DNA from: the human T2T-CHM13v2.0 reference genome, Homo sapiens
Assembly: GCF_009914755.1 (NCBI RefSeq)
Contig: NC_060940.1
DNA length: 64,000 bases
Reading direction: 5' to 3' (one strand)
The notes below the pieces were generated by a model. That model ran no database searches. It was not told the DNA's origin and saw nothing but the letters and a program-made list of their open reading frames with translations. The position numbers and the translations under genes were made by a program. This document shows, piece after piece, positions 45,037 to 60,532 of this stretch. Position 1 is the stretch's first letter. Each line of letters opens with the position of its first letter.

Positions 45037-46421
45037 ATAGAGATGATTGCATTAGTTATATTTTTGTTTGCAGAAGATCAACCCTATTTCCTATATCAAA
45101 TAATTCTGCCAGATCATATTTTATAAAGATGCACTAATTTAGTAAGATGATATCAGAAACGTGCTTGAATTGTTCCCCATTCACAAGTCTACATTTCCAA
45201 GAATCATTTTAAAATTTCAACTTTTAAGTTCATTATCTTCTATCTAGACTTTCTTTCTATTTCCTGAAACATGGGGTCCAAAATGAAGATTCACCATACT
45301 TAGCAGACAGCTCTGATGATCTCTAATTCAAGACGGTACACAACAAGTTACAGAGAGACGCAGACACCACACTCTGGAATCCAGGCACACAAGGCTGAAA
45401 TCACTAATGGTAACAATGAACACATTCCTACCCTGTCTTCCGTCGTCAGTGAAATCATGATCAGAAGTCGGGGGGTGGGGGTGGGTGGTGGAAACCACTG
45501 GCTTTATTTATTTCAGATTGTATATAAACTAAAAATTTTAGGCAAAACCAATAAATTCCAAGTAACAGGCTGCTGGCAGCAAATAATGATAGGAACCTGT
45601 TAACTGCACTGAAATGGAATGTCTAAGGGGATTATAATTTTCCCTTGATGAGGGTTATTAACAAATGAGGAGTAAAAATTTTCCAATTACTACACTTTTA
45701 TCATAGGAATTTATTTTTCATAACTTGTATGTTGAATTGTTAGGAGAAATGTAATCAAGACAATTGTGGTAAGTTAATGGTCCCCAAAGACTTAGCAATA
45801 TTTTGAATTCTGGTGTTAAATATATGTATCAAGTGAAGTCACATATTTCCTCTACCCCTGTGAGGTCAGGACCTTAAGGAATTTCAGGGAGATTTTGTAG
45901 ATTTAATATTTTCAATATTGGAATGTTTATATGGGTTAATAGACATTAATACAAACTTCAAACATAAGACTCTCCCCTTTCTCAAAAAGTCCTCTATGTT
46001 CCAGAAGGTAAAGAAGTCAACAGAGATAATACTTAATGATGGAAATAACTGGAGAACAGGACCCTGGCATCAATAATTGCTAAGATTTTCTGACTTCCCA
46101 TCAACTTTCATTTATGTAAATTAACTTAAATGAAGGTTTTAAAATATAAATTTTAGAATTATATTTGCCCTGACGCGTTTTCTTAGGGCAATGAAATCAG
46201 TCTGCAATAATTTGGTTTATGCACTAAGGTTACTTAACTTTCATTCATCACTTTCATTCCAAAATCCTGATGCTTTCTTATCTTGTCCACCTGTGCCTCA
46301 TTATAGATTTACAAAGATGTTACACTTTCTAGTTGCTCAATAGCTGCCTACACAAGCGCTACTATCCAAAAATGGTTTTTTTAGCAGCTGAAACATGGCA
46401 TGCTGGATTTCTGAGTATTTA

Positions 46422-46763
<342 letters not shown>

Positions 46764-47584
46764 TTAAAGGACTTCCCAAAATTACATTTTTTAATGCATT
46801 TCTGTCTCCTGAGAGAAACATTTTTGACAGAACTCTAAATTTTCATGACATGATGGACTCCTAGTCATGGGGTATGTGTTAGAAAAAAACTCTTAATTTT
46901 ATTCACAAAAATTGTGGCCAGACATTTAAAATCAAATTCAACTTCAAAGTGATTTATTTCTTAAGTGGCACAATTCAATCAAGGTGATAATGCTCCAAGA
47001 GTTATGAGAAGTTGCTGGTCTCTCTAATAACTGCTACCTCAGACTGAACTGCAAAACATGATACAGGTGGTCAGCTAAGGTTAGCAGTTTATTTCTCTTG
47101 TAAATCCAAGGGAAGGATGGTTAAAAATACAAAGTTAGTTATTTAAAAAGATTTAAACTCATTGTAACTGAAAATCAAACCTCTAACAGTAGGCACTTAC
47201 GCTCCATCTAGTCTGGAAACCTGATTTGTGTACTGTCTTCTTTTTTTAACTATTCTTAGTTCACTTTCTACACACCAGAGAGGCATTTTCTGCTAGAATA
47301 ACCCTGGTCTTAATGAAATAACCTGTCTCTAAGGTTTCCGCACATTATTTCTGGAACATACTGGAAGGGAATATTTTTCCTGAATCTAGAGCACTGTAGT
47401 GATAAAATGCCTGAAGTAATACAGTCTGATAACTTGGAAAAAGTAAAGCAAAATGTTACCTTTCTGGACTTCACTTACTTGCCTATAAAATGATGTGAAA
47501 GAATGATCATCAAATTTTTTTTCCACGTCATATCCACCAACTGATTCAAACATCTTTTAAATATCTCTGACTGCGTGGCAGTCA

Positions 47585-47737
<153 letters not shown>

Positions 47738-50195
47738 CTTCTCTCTACTCCTTCCTTGAGGAGGCAGATGTGGAAATTGACAAATACTATGTGGTAATGG
47801 CTCTGCTAGAATTATGAATACATACTATTGGAACAGAGCTGGCAGAGGTACTCTCTTGTTGGACGAATTTGAGGAGGGCTTCACTGAGGAAGTGACATTT
47901 GCACTGGTCAGAAACTGTGCAATTCGTTTTAAGAAGTTATTATATTCACATTAGTGAAATGCTAACATTACCAACACGTGACATTGTGTTTATAAAGGTC
48001 TGTATGTTTGAAATAAGTTAAAATCAAATAATCAGATTATTAAGAAACTTCAGGTTAAAGTAATTTATTAAAATAATGAGGCACACTCATGGCCTCTAAT
48101 AAAATTAGTTCAAAAAAATTAAACAAAGTTTATTAATGTAAAATACACACTAAATACACTTAACAATTATAAAAATTGCTCTTATATGCATTCCAGTGGT
48201 ACACAATCTGAAGTTGGTAATTCTGAGAAGTAAATAATTTCCCCAGCATATGGCATTTGATTAAAGTAGTCCCTAAACTTAATATGTGAAACTACAAAAA
48301 ATTTCTCTTGAAGCAGAAACAAGTATAATAGTGATTAAACATGAAAATAAAATGTATATTAAAAATATTAAGGCTTCCTTTCAAAAGCTACATGAAATAA
48401 TTTTAAAAACAATGTTAACTCTGAAAGCCTATCTTCAATCATTCTAATGCAGCAAAGAGTAAACCTTACAGTGACTAAGAACTTCTAATGAACCTTCTTT
48501 TTCCTCAGTTTTCTCTGCCTGCTGTAATAGCAGAATGCTAGTTATAGGTCATGCTGAGTGCTCACTTCAATGAGAAGACTTCAACCTTTCTTTTTTAATG
48601 TCAAAGGGCCTTACAAGAGAACCAAAACTTTGAGCTTTTAAAACTGAAGACTTAAAACACTGCACTAAAAACAAGGAAAGGCTGTTAAGCTAGACAGGAC
48701 AGTTCTAATGCTGTTTTGTAAATTGATCATATTTAACTTACAGACTAATCTATAACATGGAAGAATATTCCTTTGGAGCATACATGATAAAACCTTCATC
48801 CTAAAAAAAGCCACAGCCAAAACAGTGGGCAAAATTCAAGGCCATTGACTTAAACAAAAAAACATCTGTTATCCGGCATTAGGACTGATGAGTTTTAGGT
48901 CAGCAAATGCCTACCAATTGTAAAAATTCCCTTCTGGAATGACAGTGTGATCCCTACAGACCTGCTCTCCAGTAAAACAAGCATAACTGGGGGAAATTAT
49001 TAAAAAAAAATTTACAGTCTCTGGAAATTGTTCTGAGAGCATATAACAAACGAAGAAACATTTATTCAAGAAAATATACTGAAATCAGACAAGAAGAGCA
49101 AGAGCCTGTAACTTTTGAACTACTACCTGCTCTTTCTCTCCTCCTCCTAGCTCAGTGTGAAGGAAACTCTGCTTCAGGAAGCTGCAGCCAAAAACACAGG
49201 GCTCCCCCTCCACCCAGCTCCTAGTCAAGGACTGTGGTAACTTCTTGCGGGGCAGGCCACCATTTCTCATCTCCTCCTGCTATATGCTGTAGAGGCTAAA
49301 TTCCAAGAGTGTGAGGTCAAGAGGCTGGGGACACCCCTTCTTCAATCCAGCCCCTACTCACAAAGGTGGAGGATCCATCTCTCGTGCAGCACACTAAGAA
49401 TGGCAGGGGCCTAGCGACTCACACACCACCCCTTTTGTAGGCCTTTGGTTCAATGCCGGAAAGGGAAGCAAAGATCAGAAGCTACCACTCCAATGCAGTG
49501 TTCTGATCCTAAAGCAGGGATGCCTCTCAGGGGGAAAGTGTGTCACTGTCCTCACTCTCACCTCTGGAGCCATGCTCAGGGATTCTGCCCAGGAGAAGCG
49601 TCAGGCTGTAACAGGCAGCTACAAAGCTGTCCCCTAATATTTAAAACAGAGTGTGGGGAAGTTCAAGCCTAAGGGTATATTCAAAACAAATGGAGGTTTG
49701 ATGGAAAGCAATAGAGAGAAGGCAGTCAGCCTCATGAAAGAATCAAACTAAATCACAGACCAGGGCTTAACAGAGAGAACTAGGGAATGAAGATCTACAG
49801 ATAACCTTCCTGAAGTCTGGACAAACCTACAACACCAACCTACAGAACAAACCTGCAAAGGAATCCAAACTTAATTATATCAGACCATGGAGCAATTTAT
49901 GACCCAAGGTATTGTCAAAAATAGAGCAATCAGCTGGCAATTACTGAAGCCTAACAGCTGAGTGTGATCCAGAAGGAGACAAAGAGAGCCCTGCTAAAAC
50001 CACTGTCATACCAGGATGACAAGGTACGTCTCCAAAGCTGTAGCCTCTGAGGAGCAACATCAAAGGCTTCACACTACAGGGAAAATAATCTTTATTGAAA
50101 TAGTCTAGCCAGTCACTAAACAAATAAGCAAGCAAACAACAATAACAAGCTTTGGGGAGTGGAGGGCAGTATCCAAAGTTGCTACAGTATATTAT

Positions 50196-50588
50196 TGTGG
50201 AAAAGAATCTGGCTCCATTTTTTAATATTTGTCTGTTGACAGCTTTTAAATCTTACCCCTCCCTTTTCCTCTTGTGCCCTATATCTGGGCAAGCTGGTAA
50301 AAAAGCCAGCCTCCTTTGGTGCTGGTGGGAGGTTCATGCCCCTCAAGCCCTACTCATGCATAGGAACCTCACCCAGGCCCCACCTCCAAACAGCACACAA
50401 ATAACCTTCCAAGGCAGTCTCCTGTCCTTGATCTCTCAAATCATTTTCAGACCAGTTTGGAAGGCCTGCCTTGCGGTTCCCACAAAGCCTCTTTATGTGA
50501 TTGATAAACCTTCTCATACCTTCTTGGCTTTTGAGCCAAATTTCGGAGGGAAGACTGTGCATACTTTTTCTGTGGAATGACCATAACA
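50196..50588 (+). mobile_element. LTR47-like solo LTR
   Basis: TG...CA ends (tgtggaaaagaatctggctccatttt ... ccataaca). 5-bp TSD attat/attac. Confidence 0.7.
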
Positions 50589-51509
50589 ATTACCTAAATG
50601 TCCAATAAAAAATTATGAGACCCATAAAGAAACAGGAAAGTATAATCCATATACAAGAAAACAGAAAACCAAAAACCTGGCAACAGACAGTGCTGTGAGA
50701 GGGACCAGATGTAAATTTCACAGACAAAAACTTTAAAGCAGCCACTACAAATATGTTAAAAAAAAAAAAGGAAATTATGCTTAAAGAAGTGAAGTGTGCC
50801 TTATCAAATATAAAATATCCATAGACAGAAATGATAAAAAACCAAATGGAAATTATGGAACTGAAAGTAAATATACTGAAATAAAAAATTCACTTGAGGG
50901 GCTCAACGTTAGCTTTGAACTGCCAGAAGAATTAGCAAACTTCATGACAGATTAAGCAGCCTGAAAAACAGAGAGAAAAAAAGGATAAGGAAAAAATGAA
51001 AAGAATCTCAAAGAAATGTGGGGCACAATTAAGTACACCAAGATATACGTAATGGAAGTTCTCTAGTAGAAGTGAGAGAGAGAGAAGACAAAGAAAAATT
51101 TGAAGAAATAATGGCTAAAACCTTCCCAAATTTGATGAAAAACATTAATATTCACATCTAAGAAGCTCAATAAATGTGATGCAGAATAAATGCAAAGAGA
51201 TCGAGACCCAGATAGATAAATCATAGCAAAAATGCTGAAAACCAAAGAAAAAGAAAATTTTTGAAAGAAGCAAGGGAAAAACTATTCATCACATAGAAGA
51301 GAATCCCAATAAGTTTAATGGGTGACTTCTCATCAGAAACAATGAAGACCAGAAGGCAGTGGGATGACATACTCCAAATGACGGAAGAAAAAAGCTCCTG
51401 TCAACCAAAAGTCCTACATTCAGGAAAACTAATTTTAAAATTTAAGAGGAAATAAAGACATTTCTAGATAATGAAAAACGGAGATAATTCACTGCTAGCA
51501 GACTCACCT

Positions 51510-51988
51510 TGAAGAAGGAATTAATGAAATCAACTATAACCTAATAGTAGTAGTAACAGAAATTTTAAAATCCTCTTAAAGTTGCTGCAAAGTGTGACCC
51601 CGTCTTACACTCAAGTTAAAAGAGAATATTAACAGCCTGTCCTCTCTCTGTGGACAGTGTACCTTATCTGTACTCCCCAACTCCATATTCCTCAAAGTTT
51701 ATTACAGGCCCAGGAAGTTCCTGCACGGCTGCAGGGTCACAAGACTGGTAAGTTTAGGTTGCAAGACATGTTTCCCTCAAGATATAAGGAATGTTGTAAT
51801 GCTGCCTTTGTTCCTTGCTTCTGTAACTCGCTTCCCGCCTCATGTTAGCTCCCACCTTAAGATGTTTAAAAGTAGGAAAAGCCCTTTTTCAGGGCTCAGA
51901 CTTTCTGGACATATGTCTGGCTGAGCCGGTGATCACCTTAATTTAATAAACTCTCCTGAACCTTTTTCGGTCTGACTGTCCCGCAACA
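51510..51988 (+). mobile_element. ERV1 solo LTR (LTR15-like)
   Basis: TG...CA ends, perfect 4-bp TSD ACCT (51506-51509, 51989-51992), TATA-like tttaaaa and AATAAA. Family name tentative. Confidence 0.75.
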
Positions 51989-53266
51989 ACCTTATAAAAA
52001 ATACTAAAGTTGCTCAGGATGAAAGCAAATGACCCCTGATAGTAATTCAAATCCATAGGAAAAAATGGTGCAATTAGTAAAGGAATTATGTAGTTAAAAA
52101 AGACAGTTTAAATGTATATTCCTTCTCCTTTCTTAACTGATTTAAAAATGCAACTGTAATAAAACAATATGTATATAATTGTATCACTAGGCCCATAATA
52201 TATAGAAATGTAATATATTTGCCAGCAACACCAAGAAGGTGAGTGGGAGCAAAACTGCAATGGACCAAGAAAATGACACCAGATGGTAACTTGAATTCAC
52301 AGGAATAAAGAAGAGAACCAGAAACAGTAACTAAGAAGGTTAATATAATAAACATTGTAAATAATATCTGTCTACTGTCTTCTCTAAGCTTAAGAGACAT
52401 AAAATTATATAAAGTAATAATTATAACAAAGTATGATGGGTTTGTAACATATATAGATGTAATATGTATTACAATAAGGGGGAAAGAGAATAGAGCTATA
52501 AACAAGTGACATTTCCATGTCTCACTGCAATTAAGTTAGTACATATCTGAAGTAGATTCTGATAAGATATATGTAGTAAGCCCTATAGCAACCACTAATC
52601 AAAATAAAAAGTTAAAAAAGTTACTAAAGGAATTAAGATGTTACAATAGAAAATATTCACTGAAAGCAAAAGAAAGCAGTAACGTAGGAGTAGAGGACCA
52701 AAGGACTGAGGCATAGTAAACAGAAGGCAGATGTAAACTCAACTGTTGCAATAAGAACATTAATAACTTGTCAGTGAATTAAACAAGTTCACCAAAAGAC
52801 AGAGCTTGTCAGACTGGACAAAAAATGCCTATCGAATGCAAAGATTTTAGTTTGGGTACAAAGCTTAAAATAAGCCATTTTCAGGTCCATGAACTTCCAC
52901 GTGGAAAGAAAAGCAGCATGAGATGTGTATGGAGAAGCATTCCTTTTCAGTCTGTTAAGACTGGAGCTCATCCATTCAGTTCACCAGATGGACAGTTATA
53001 CACACTTAGATAAAGGTGGTAATCACTGAGGATCAGGACTGAATCTGACATAGGCATGGCATGGGCTGACATCACCAGTCATTGTGACAGAGAATTCCTA
53101 AGGAAGCATCATTAGCTGAAAGTTTGTTGTGAGGTTTTTAAGTCTTTGCTCTTTATTTGGTAATGAGTTCTGTATGTGAAATCAAGGGGAAAAAACAGAT
53201 GAATGCTGCAAATAACCTTACATAAACTGACATAACTTCGGAATGAAATAAAACCAGATATAATAA

Positions 53267-53579
<313 letters not shown>

Positions 53580-54951
53580 AATAATGCTTATTAACAGAAA
53601 TATTTTGCCTGAACTGTATAAGGTATTACTTTAAAAATCCAATACTGAAATAGGCTCATTTGCTCTCTTAACAAATATTTAATGAATATAACTGCATATA
53701 ATACATTATACTTAAAGAAAAATCTAGTTTGAGTGACTAGACAACTATTTCAAATACTTGTAATTCAATTTTATATAATTTTTATATGAAGTTGAAGTGA
53801 AAAATATCATTTAGGAAGAGACAAATAAAGTCCATGGGAATCCCGAGCCTGTAGAGAATCTTAGTAGCTGGGGGGCATTAAGAAAGTTTCATCAGGCTTT
53901 GAAGCACAGGGACTATCTGGACACATACAGGTGCACGGAGAACCCACAAGCAGAGGCACAAAGGTGGGAAAGGGACATGGCAGAGAACTTCAGATCAGGT
54001 TACTCAGGGAAATATGTTGACTTAGTTATAATTTAATATTATGCCCTCAACTACTATACAAGGCACTTATACACAGTGTACATTTGAGCAAAGTTTCTGA
54101 ATGTTTTATAATCCTACAGTTGAAGAGAGTCTATATAAAGACACCTATATTTTCACAGAATTGAAGTTCCAAGTAAACGTATCTCTGTAGATGAATGTGG
54201 GTACTTTCTTCTATGAGACATTCAAATAACTTTCCTTTTTTGTCTTAGCTACCAATTTACTCAGAGTAAAATTTAGTGCACTAATTTTTAATGTTGCTTA
54301 AATGTTTAGGTCGTATTTAATGCCCTGGGCCTAACAACTCTTGGGATCTTTCAGATCATCTCTGAGACGTTTTAAATTTTTTGTCCATATTTTGCAGCAT
54401 ATATAGTGTTTAAAGTTCTTTCAAATTCTTTCAGAAACAGTAATAAAAACACTAAGTATAATTCTTTTATGCTTATGTGACCTATGTGAAAGGCTTCTGA
54501 AGATCCTTTTTGAAAGTCAGGATAAATATTAGAAATATATATGTGCATGCATCTTGTTAGATTACTGAAGGATTTGGTTATTAAATTATTTTCTGCCCAC
54601 TCTGACACCCTCATATGGGAATCAGAATTCAGTTATATTACCTTTGATGCATTAATATCCTAGGAATTATTTCATTATTGGGACATATATGCATAGACAT
54701 ATACACCTATCCCTTCGTCCATTTTTCAAGGAATATTTATTGGGTGCTTAATATATGCCAAGTACTGTTCTAACTGGAAATACAAGAGTATTTCTTGGCG
54801 GAAACTTTTGCTCCTTTATTTTTACATATAAGTAAGTAAAATAGGTCACACTAAAGAGAAAAATAAAGATAAGAAGTGTCCATGTGGGAGGGGTGTTTGG
54901 AATTTAATGAAAGCAAACTTACAAAGTGATATTGAGTAAAGATCTGAAGGA

Positions 54952-55118
54952 GGCTGGGTGCGGTGGCTAATGCCTGTAATCCCAGCGCTTTGGGAAGCTG
55001 AGGAGGGAGGATCGTTTGAGCCCAGGAGTTTGAGATCAGCACCAGGCAACATAAAGAGACTCTGTCTCTACAAAAAACCCTCAAAACGACGAACGCCCAC
55101 AAAAACCACAAAACAAAT
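54952..55118 (+). mobile_element. FLAM_C-like monomer within an L2 fragment
   Basis: Left-arm monomer with degenerate A-rich tail. TSD-like agatctgaaggag / agatgtgaaggag. Confidence 0.75.
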
Positions 55119-55349
55119 AGATGTGAAGGAGATGAGGAAGTGAGCCCTGTGGATATCTGGGGGAAGAGCGTCCTGCTGGGCCTCAGCCGTGTAAAGGCTG
55201 GAGGTGACAGTGTGTCTCAAGAACACAGGCCATGGAGGTCTGTGTGGCTGGGACAGGGAAATAGAGCAGGAGAGGAGGAGATCAGGTCTGAAATGTGAGG
55301 CATCAGGCTGTGCAGAACCCTGTGATCTATTGTAAGGACTTGAGTTTTA

Positions 55350-55600
55350 CACATTATGGTATAGACTGCAAAGAACACAGGTTTGGGAATCAGAGTCAGC
55401 TGTGCCAGTCATTAGCTATGTGACTTATGGGCCTTTGTTTTCTCTACTTCTTAATTAATTTATCAATGAAGTGGGTGTAATATCACCATTTATAGTAAGT
55501 TGATTTCACGCATGAATCGGAAAAGGGTGAAATGAAATAATGTATGGAGACTGTCTAACACAATGCTCTGTTGTAAGGGGCTTAATAAATCTTAGCTTCT
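55350..55600 (+). mobile_element. MIR
   Basis: aagaacacaggtttgggaatcag...attagctatgtgactt...ggcttaataaat. Confidence 0.55.
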
Positions 55601-56268
55601 TTGAGGTGCTCTCATGTACAGTAAGGAACAATATCTGACACTGGTCTCACAAAATTTACAGAGCCCTCTGGGACAAAATATTTAACAACCTAAATGTAAG
55701 TAATAGAAAAATCACCCAGCCACAGGTTTTTGATCAGAAAAGTACTGACTAGCTCACAGGTGTCTTAATCCAAGGCCACCCCTCCACAACTGGCAGGTAA
55801 CTAAAGAAGAGGCCAAGCATGAGAAGCTATGTCCAAAGATGGATAATAACTATTTGTTGGACCAGAATTCTAAATGGAGAAAGACAGATAAATTTGACCA
55901 GCTAGTAGAGGGAGGAGAAACAAATATTAAGAGATGCAGAGCTAGAAAAGAGGTAGCACTGCCATTTTAGGGCAACTAGAACTTAGATGCTTAGGAAGAG
56001 ATAGGGAAGGTGACATGGTCCCCAGAGTTTCCTGGCCCTCTAACAAGAGCCAACAATACCCCTTAAGGTGTCTGCTCCTTTTCTGACTACACTGTACTCG
56101 AGGGTGCCTGAGCCTGTATTCCTTTAGCATAATTAGATAACTAGCAGTGCGATGCTATGAGGCAGTGCACCATACACTATCCAAGGGGCTATACTGGTAT
56201 TGAACTCCTAGGTGTTAAGGAGAAGGTCCTTGGTAGATTGGAAAGATCCTTCAAGAATGAGCAGTGGC

Positions 56269-56561
56269 AGCCGAGTGTGGTGACTCATGCCTGTAATCCC
56301 AGCACTTTGGGAGGCCGAGGTGGGAGAATCACTTGAGGCCAGGAGTTTGAAACCAGACTGGCCAACTTGGCAAAACATCGTCTCTACTAAAAATATAAAA
56401 ATTAGCTGGGCGTGGTGGCAAGAACTTGTAGTTCCAGCTACTAGGGAGGCTGAGGCATAAGAATCACTTGAACTCAGGAGGTGGAGGTTGCAGTGAGCCA
56501 TGATCACCCCATTGCACTCCAGCCTGGGCAACAGAGCAAAACTCTGTCTAAAAAAAAAAAA
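56269..56561 (+). mobile_element. Alu (AluSz/Sx-like)
   Basis: Dimeric Alu with A-tail. Confidence 0.88.
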
Positions 56562-59343
56562 GAAATTTTTTTTGGTTTTTCTACAGTGACAAAGTTAAGT
56601 CACTAAATACAAGACCATGTAATTATAATAGACTTCATCAAACATTTGGCTGTTACATGTTTTGGAGATTAAGGGGTTGCCTATAGGTAAACATAACACA
56701 CTAACATATCAGTGTCATTTAAAACATATGTTTTAAGTCTCTTTATGTGAATTAAAATTTGGTCAACAGAATAGGTTAGGACTCATCCTAAAGGATAACT
56801 CAACTTTTTAAAATACTTGGATCTGTATGCTGGAATTAGCATTAATTTCAGGATAATGCTAGAAATGCTTGTGAGCAATGGGAAAGATATACTGCAGAGC
56901 AGCAGGATTTAAGAACTTATTTAGTACAGATTCTACATGTTTTTGTAAGAGAACTCATTGCATTATATTTTTAATGTTCACAAAAGATTCACTGTGGCCC
57001 AAGAGGACAGAAGAATTTAAACCTAGATTTATCAAAGCCATCTGGAAGATACAGTCTGTGCTGCTTTTAAGAAAAAGTGTGTGTGTGTACATGTAGCATA
57101 CTGATCAGAATTACTAAATCGATGAGAAAATATTATATACTTTTAAGTCAGCTGAGCAATTCTAAGATGTCAAAAAGTACCCTCAACCTTAGCTCACTTT
57201 GCCTTCCTGGTAGATTTGTTTGAGAATCGCTCATGACTCATCGACATACACTATTTTCACTTTTTAAAGCTTTTTCAGAAACAAAATTCTATTTATCTTT
57301 AGGTAAAGTCCACAAAAACACAAACACACACTGTCTTTGAGAATTCTGTCAAAAGTACTGTGTCATGTGGACTATGTTTTCCTAGAGCAGAAAGGCCAAG
57401 TTTTCATTACTCGCCAGAAGCACTATAATTAAGGTGCTTCCAAAAATCTAAATGGAAAAAAAAAAAGACACATCTCTCTATAAATCTCTCAATTTGTAAA
57501 AGGTCATCCTACATAATTTCAGTTCATTTTATCCCATATTTTATTAACTTGTATTTCTAAAAATGTATACCAAAAACATTCTCAAGTAATAAGCACCTGA
57601 TTCCTATGAATGGTATCTGAGATCCTGAGTGCAAAGGGTGAAATGAGATCTCCAGTAATTAAAAACTAAAGTTTCATGTTACTCCATGACTTCAGCTAGT
57701 TTTCAAAAGACCATTTATGAAAAAAATTAGTTCTGTTGGTATTGGGAGATAGACAGGAGTGGTGCAGCTAAATAATACTTTTTAGATATTTTTTGTTTTT
57801 CATGCCAATATACAATATGAAGAGTCCATTATGATTATGGACAATTTCTACTAAGAGAAATGTGAACATCTTGGACAAAACATTTTTACATGGCTTATTG
57901 AAGTTGCATGCTAATTTTATTTCCTTCTTAACCACATCAGTGGTCTAGAACATTTAGTATTAATAGACTTTAGTTCACAGTAAACTAACTATATTGGATA
58001 GAAACAGACTTAGTTCATCTTCAACCTAACTAGATAAGAATTCAAACAATTTAAAGCTATTTACCATATATTCATTATATTGTATATTAAAATTATGATG
58101 ACATTTTGCTCCACAATATATACAGCTCATTAAAGAGTCTAATTAGATAAAAATAAAAATAGAAAATGAAAATATCAATGAGACACCATGATCATTTATG
58201 TTCATTGGCATAATATATGCTGCTTAGGGATGCCGTAAATTGTCATTCTGATTAAAACATCTGGCAGGTCACACTGTTTAATCATGTTTCATGCCTAGGC
58301 AAAAAGCTTGATTCAAAAATCTGTATTACAGTCTAAACCCATGAAAAAAGTAACTAGTAAAAGTTAAAATGTCAGAACAAATCTGTCAATTATGATTGAA
58401 AGCAATCCCCTTAGGTGACTAAGGATCACTGTTGGGGATAAATTAATAGATGGGAAACACTGTATAATAAAAGCAAAACAGTAATTCTACTTTGTTATTT
58501 AAAAAATGTGCCCTCACTTTATAGTAAGAGCCGAGTATTTACCGGCACCATATACTGTTTTTAAATGGAGTTTCTCTTCTAGAGTTCTCTTAATAATGAA
58601 AATATACAATTTCAAAATGTCAAAGAAGTGAAGTTTCAAACACTTTCATGCATTTATGCAGAAAATACAATGTTATTGCCTCATGTCTATCGTCAGCAGT
58701 ATGCAATCCTAGATATCAAATTAAGAACACATCTATATTCAGAAAGCAGGTGTGAAGAAATATCAAACCATGTAACACAATCTGCTGCTAAATGTCATAT
58801 CAGTCTCTTGGTAAAAGCCTGCCTAATGTTTTAGATATCTGAAGACCCAATTTACATCTAATCTGTTATCCAAAGGATATTCCTTTACTTTAGTCTACGT
58901 GATAGTAGCAGAAAACACTCACCTATCCCTTTCCATTTTCTTAAGTATAGTGTGGTGGGTGGTCAGGAGAAGGAGAGATAAGTCTACATTTGCCTCTGAA
59001 GAAAAGTTAATCGGCTGCAACTCAGAGCAAATACATTGTTAAATGCCAAAATGGAGTAGGTACAGCTGTTAGCTGTTGCTAAAATGTATGCATTGCTTGC
59101 TTCTCCAATGGGAGCAAAAGGGAGGGAGGAAGTAGAGGGGGAGGGGAGGAGAAGAGCAGAAGAAAGGAGCAAGACAGAACACCGGCCATACATGAAGATG
59201 AGAAAGGGAACTTCAAATTCAAACTGTGATAGAAATGAAGAAATGAAGAAAAAGTTCAGGAACTATGAGAAAGAACACAATGAGGACTTGAATTTAGAAT
59301 GTGAGACTGAGATCAAGGACAGTCTCCTAACCTAATAATTATT

Positions 59344-59364
59344 TTGTGTGTGTGTGTGTGTGTG
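59344..59364 (+). repeat. (TG)n microsatellite
   Basis: tgtgtgtgtgtgtgtgtgtg followed by a GA-rich run. Confidence 0.9.
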
Positions 59365-60330
59365 AAAGAGAGAAAGAGAAAGAAGGAAGGTGGCTGGGTT
59401 TACCTAGAATTAGGGTGTCTGAATGTGAGAGAATGAGAGAAGCCAAGCATATTTGCAAGAGAGGGTTAGTAATAATTTACCATGGATAGGAGGGAAATGG
59501 AGGCTGGATGAGGGATGAGTGGATATAAAGTAGCAGGATCAGTGGACTGCAGGCCCCAGTGAGATCCAAAAAGCGTTGCAGGGAGGGCACTTAAGCATGT
59601 AACCTAGAGGGATAAGGGGTGGTAGTAGGAGAGTGGCTATGTGACTGGTGGTTTTGGAGATGGTATATTTTCTGGTACCTACAAGGTGCAGGGAACGAAC
59701 TGAGCTGGCTGAGGTGGGGAGGTCCTGGTGCTGGGCTGACTCATCTCTGCAGACACTGAAATCACCTAAAATGATGACAAGAGTTAGACAACTGTCCAGA
59801 AGATGTTATGTCTCCAGTGAACTAGAAATTGATAGATGCTAGTAATAAAAAAAGGAAGATGACGTTTGGTGTAACGGGGTGGCAGAAACCTCATAGGAGG
59901 AGATTTGCAGATATTTCGGGGAGAAATAATTTGAAAGTGGTACTGGGGATTAAAGTTGCTGATCTCTAAACACCAAAATATGAGGCATGTGGCATATTCC
60001 ATTAGAGGCAGCTACGGGGGATGCTTCCACAACTGTGAAAGGAACTCTGTGAAAAGAAGCAAGAATGCAGATGAGAGCTGATGGTGGAGCTGGTGTTCCA
60101 GAAGACAGAGTGGAAGTGTTGGGGAGGGAGCACAGGGGTCAGGGATGGGTAAGTTAGGAGACAGAGCTCAAGGGAATGGTCACTCTTACTGGGCATGGGA
60201 AACAGAGTGGCTAACAAGATAAGTAAGCAAAAAGAAAACAGTAACAAGTCTTAGAGGAAATAGCATTTGAGATAAAGCTTGAAAGAAAGACAAGTATGAT
60301 GTAGACAGGTTGACAGCTTACTAGGTAGAA

Positions 60331-60532
60331 CAATGATTCTCAACCAGGGACTATTTTGCCTTTTAGGAGACACTGGACAATGTCTAAAGACATTTTTGGT
60401 TGCTACAGGTATTCAGATAGTAGAAGCCAGGTATGGTGCTAAACTAAACATCCTACAATGCATATGGCAGCTCCCCACAACAAACAAGGATCCTGCTCAA
60501 AGTGTCAACAGTACCACGATTAAGAAACCCTG
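60331..60532 (+). mobile_element. MER20
   Basis: caatgattctcaacc...ttaagaaaccctg. 8-bp hAT TSD aggtagaa / aggtagag. Confidence 0.85.

Larger units (their letters stand above)
48920..52825 (+). mobile_element. Ancient L1M (L1MC/MD-like) 5'UTR + ORF1 + inter-ORF region, interrupted by two LTRs
   Basis: L1M 5' signature (gaagaaacatttattcaagaaaat) and ORF1 remnants (gaagaaataatggctaaaaccttcccaaatttgatgaaa; gacttctcatcagaaacaatg...gtgggatgacata). Confidence 0.7.

Noticed and set aside
48482-48508. Strong plus-strand branch point + acceptor (ctaatgaaccttctttttcctcag), possible antisense lncRNA exon
   Set aside because: No good donor downstream and no other exon evidence from sequence alone.
52895-52906. 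12-bp palindromes ttccacgtggaa (E-box) and tcgcaattgcga (513-524); 10-bp stem at 38105-38131
   Set aside because: Several such palindromes are expected by chance in 64 kb and they have no supporting context.
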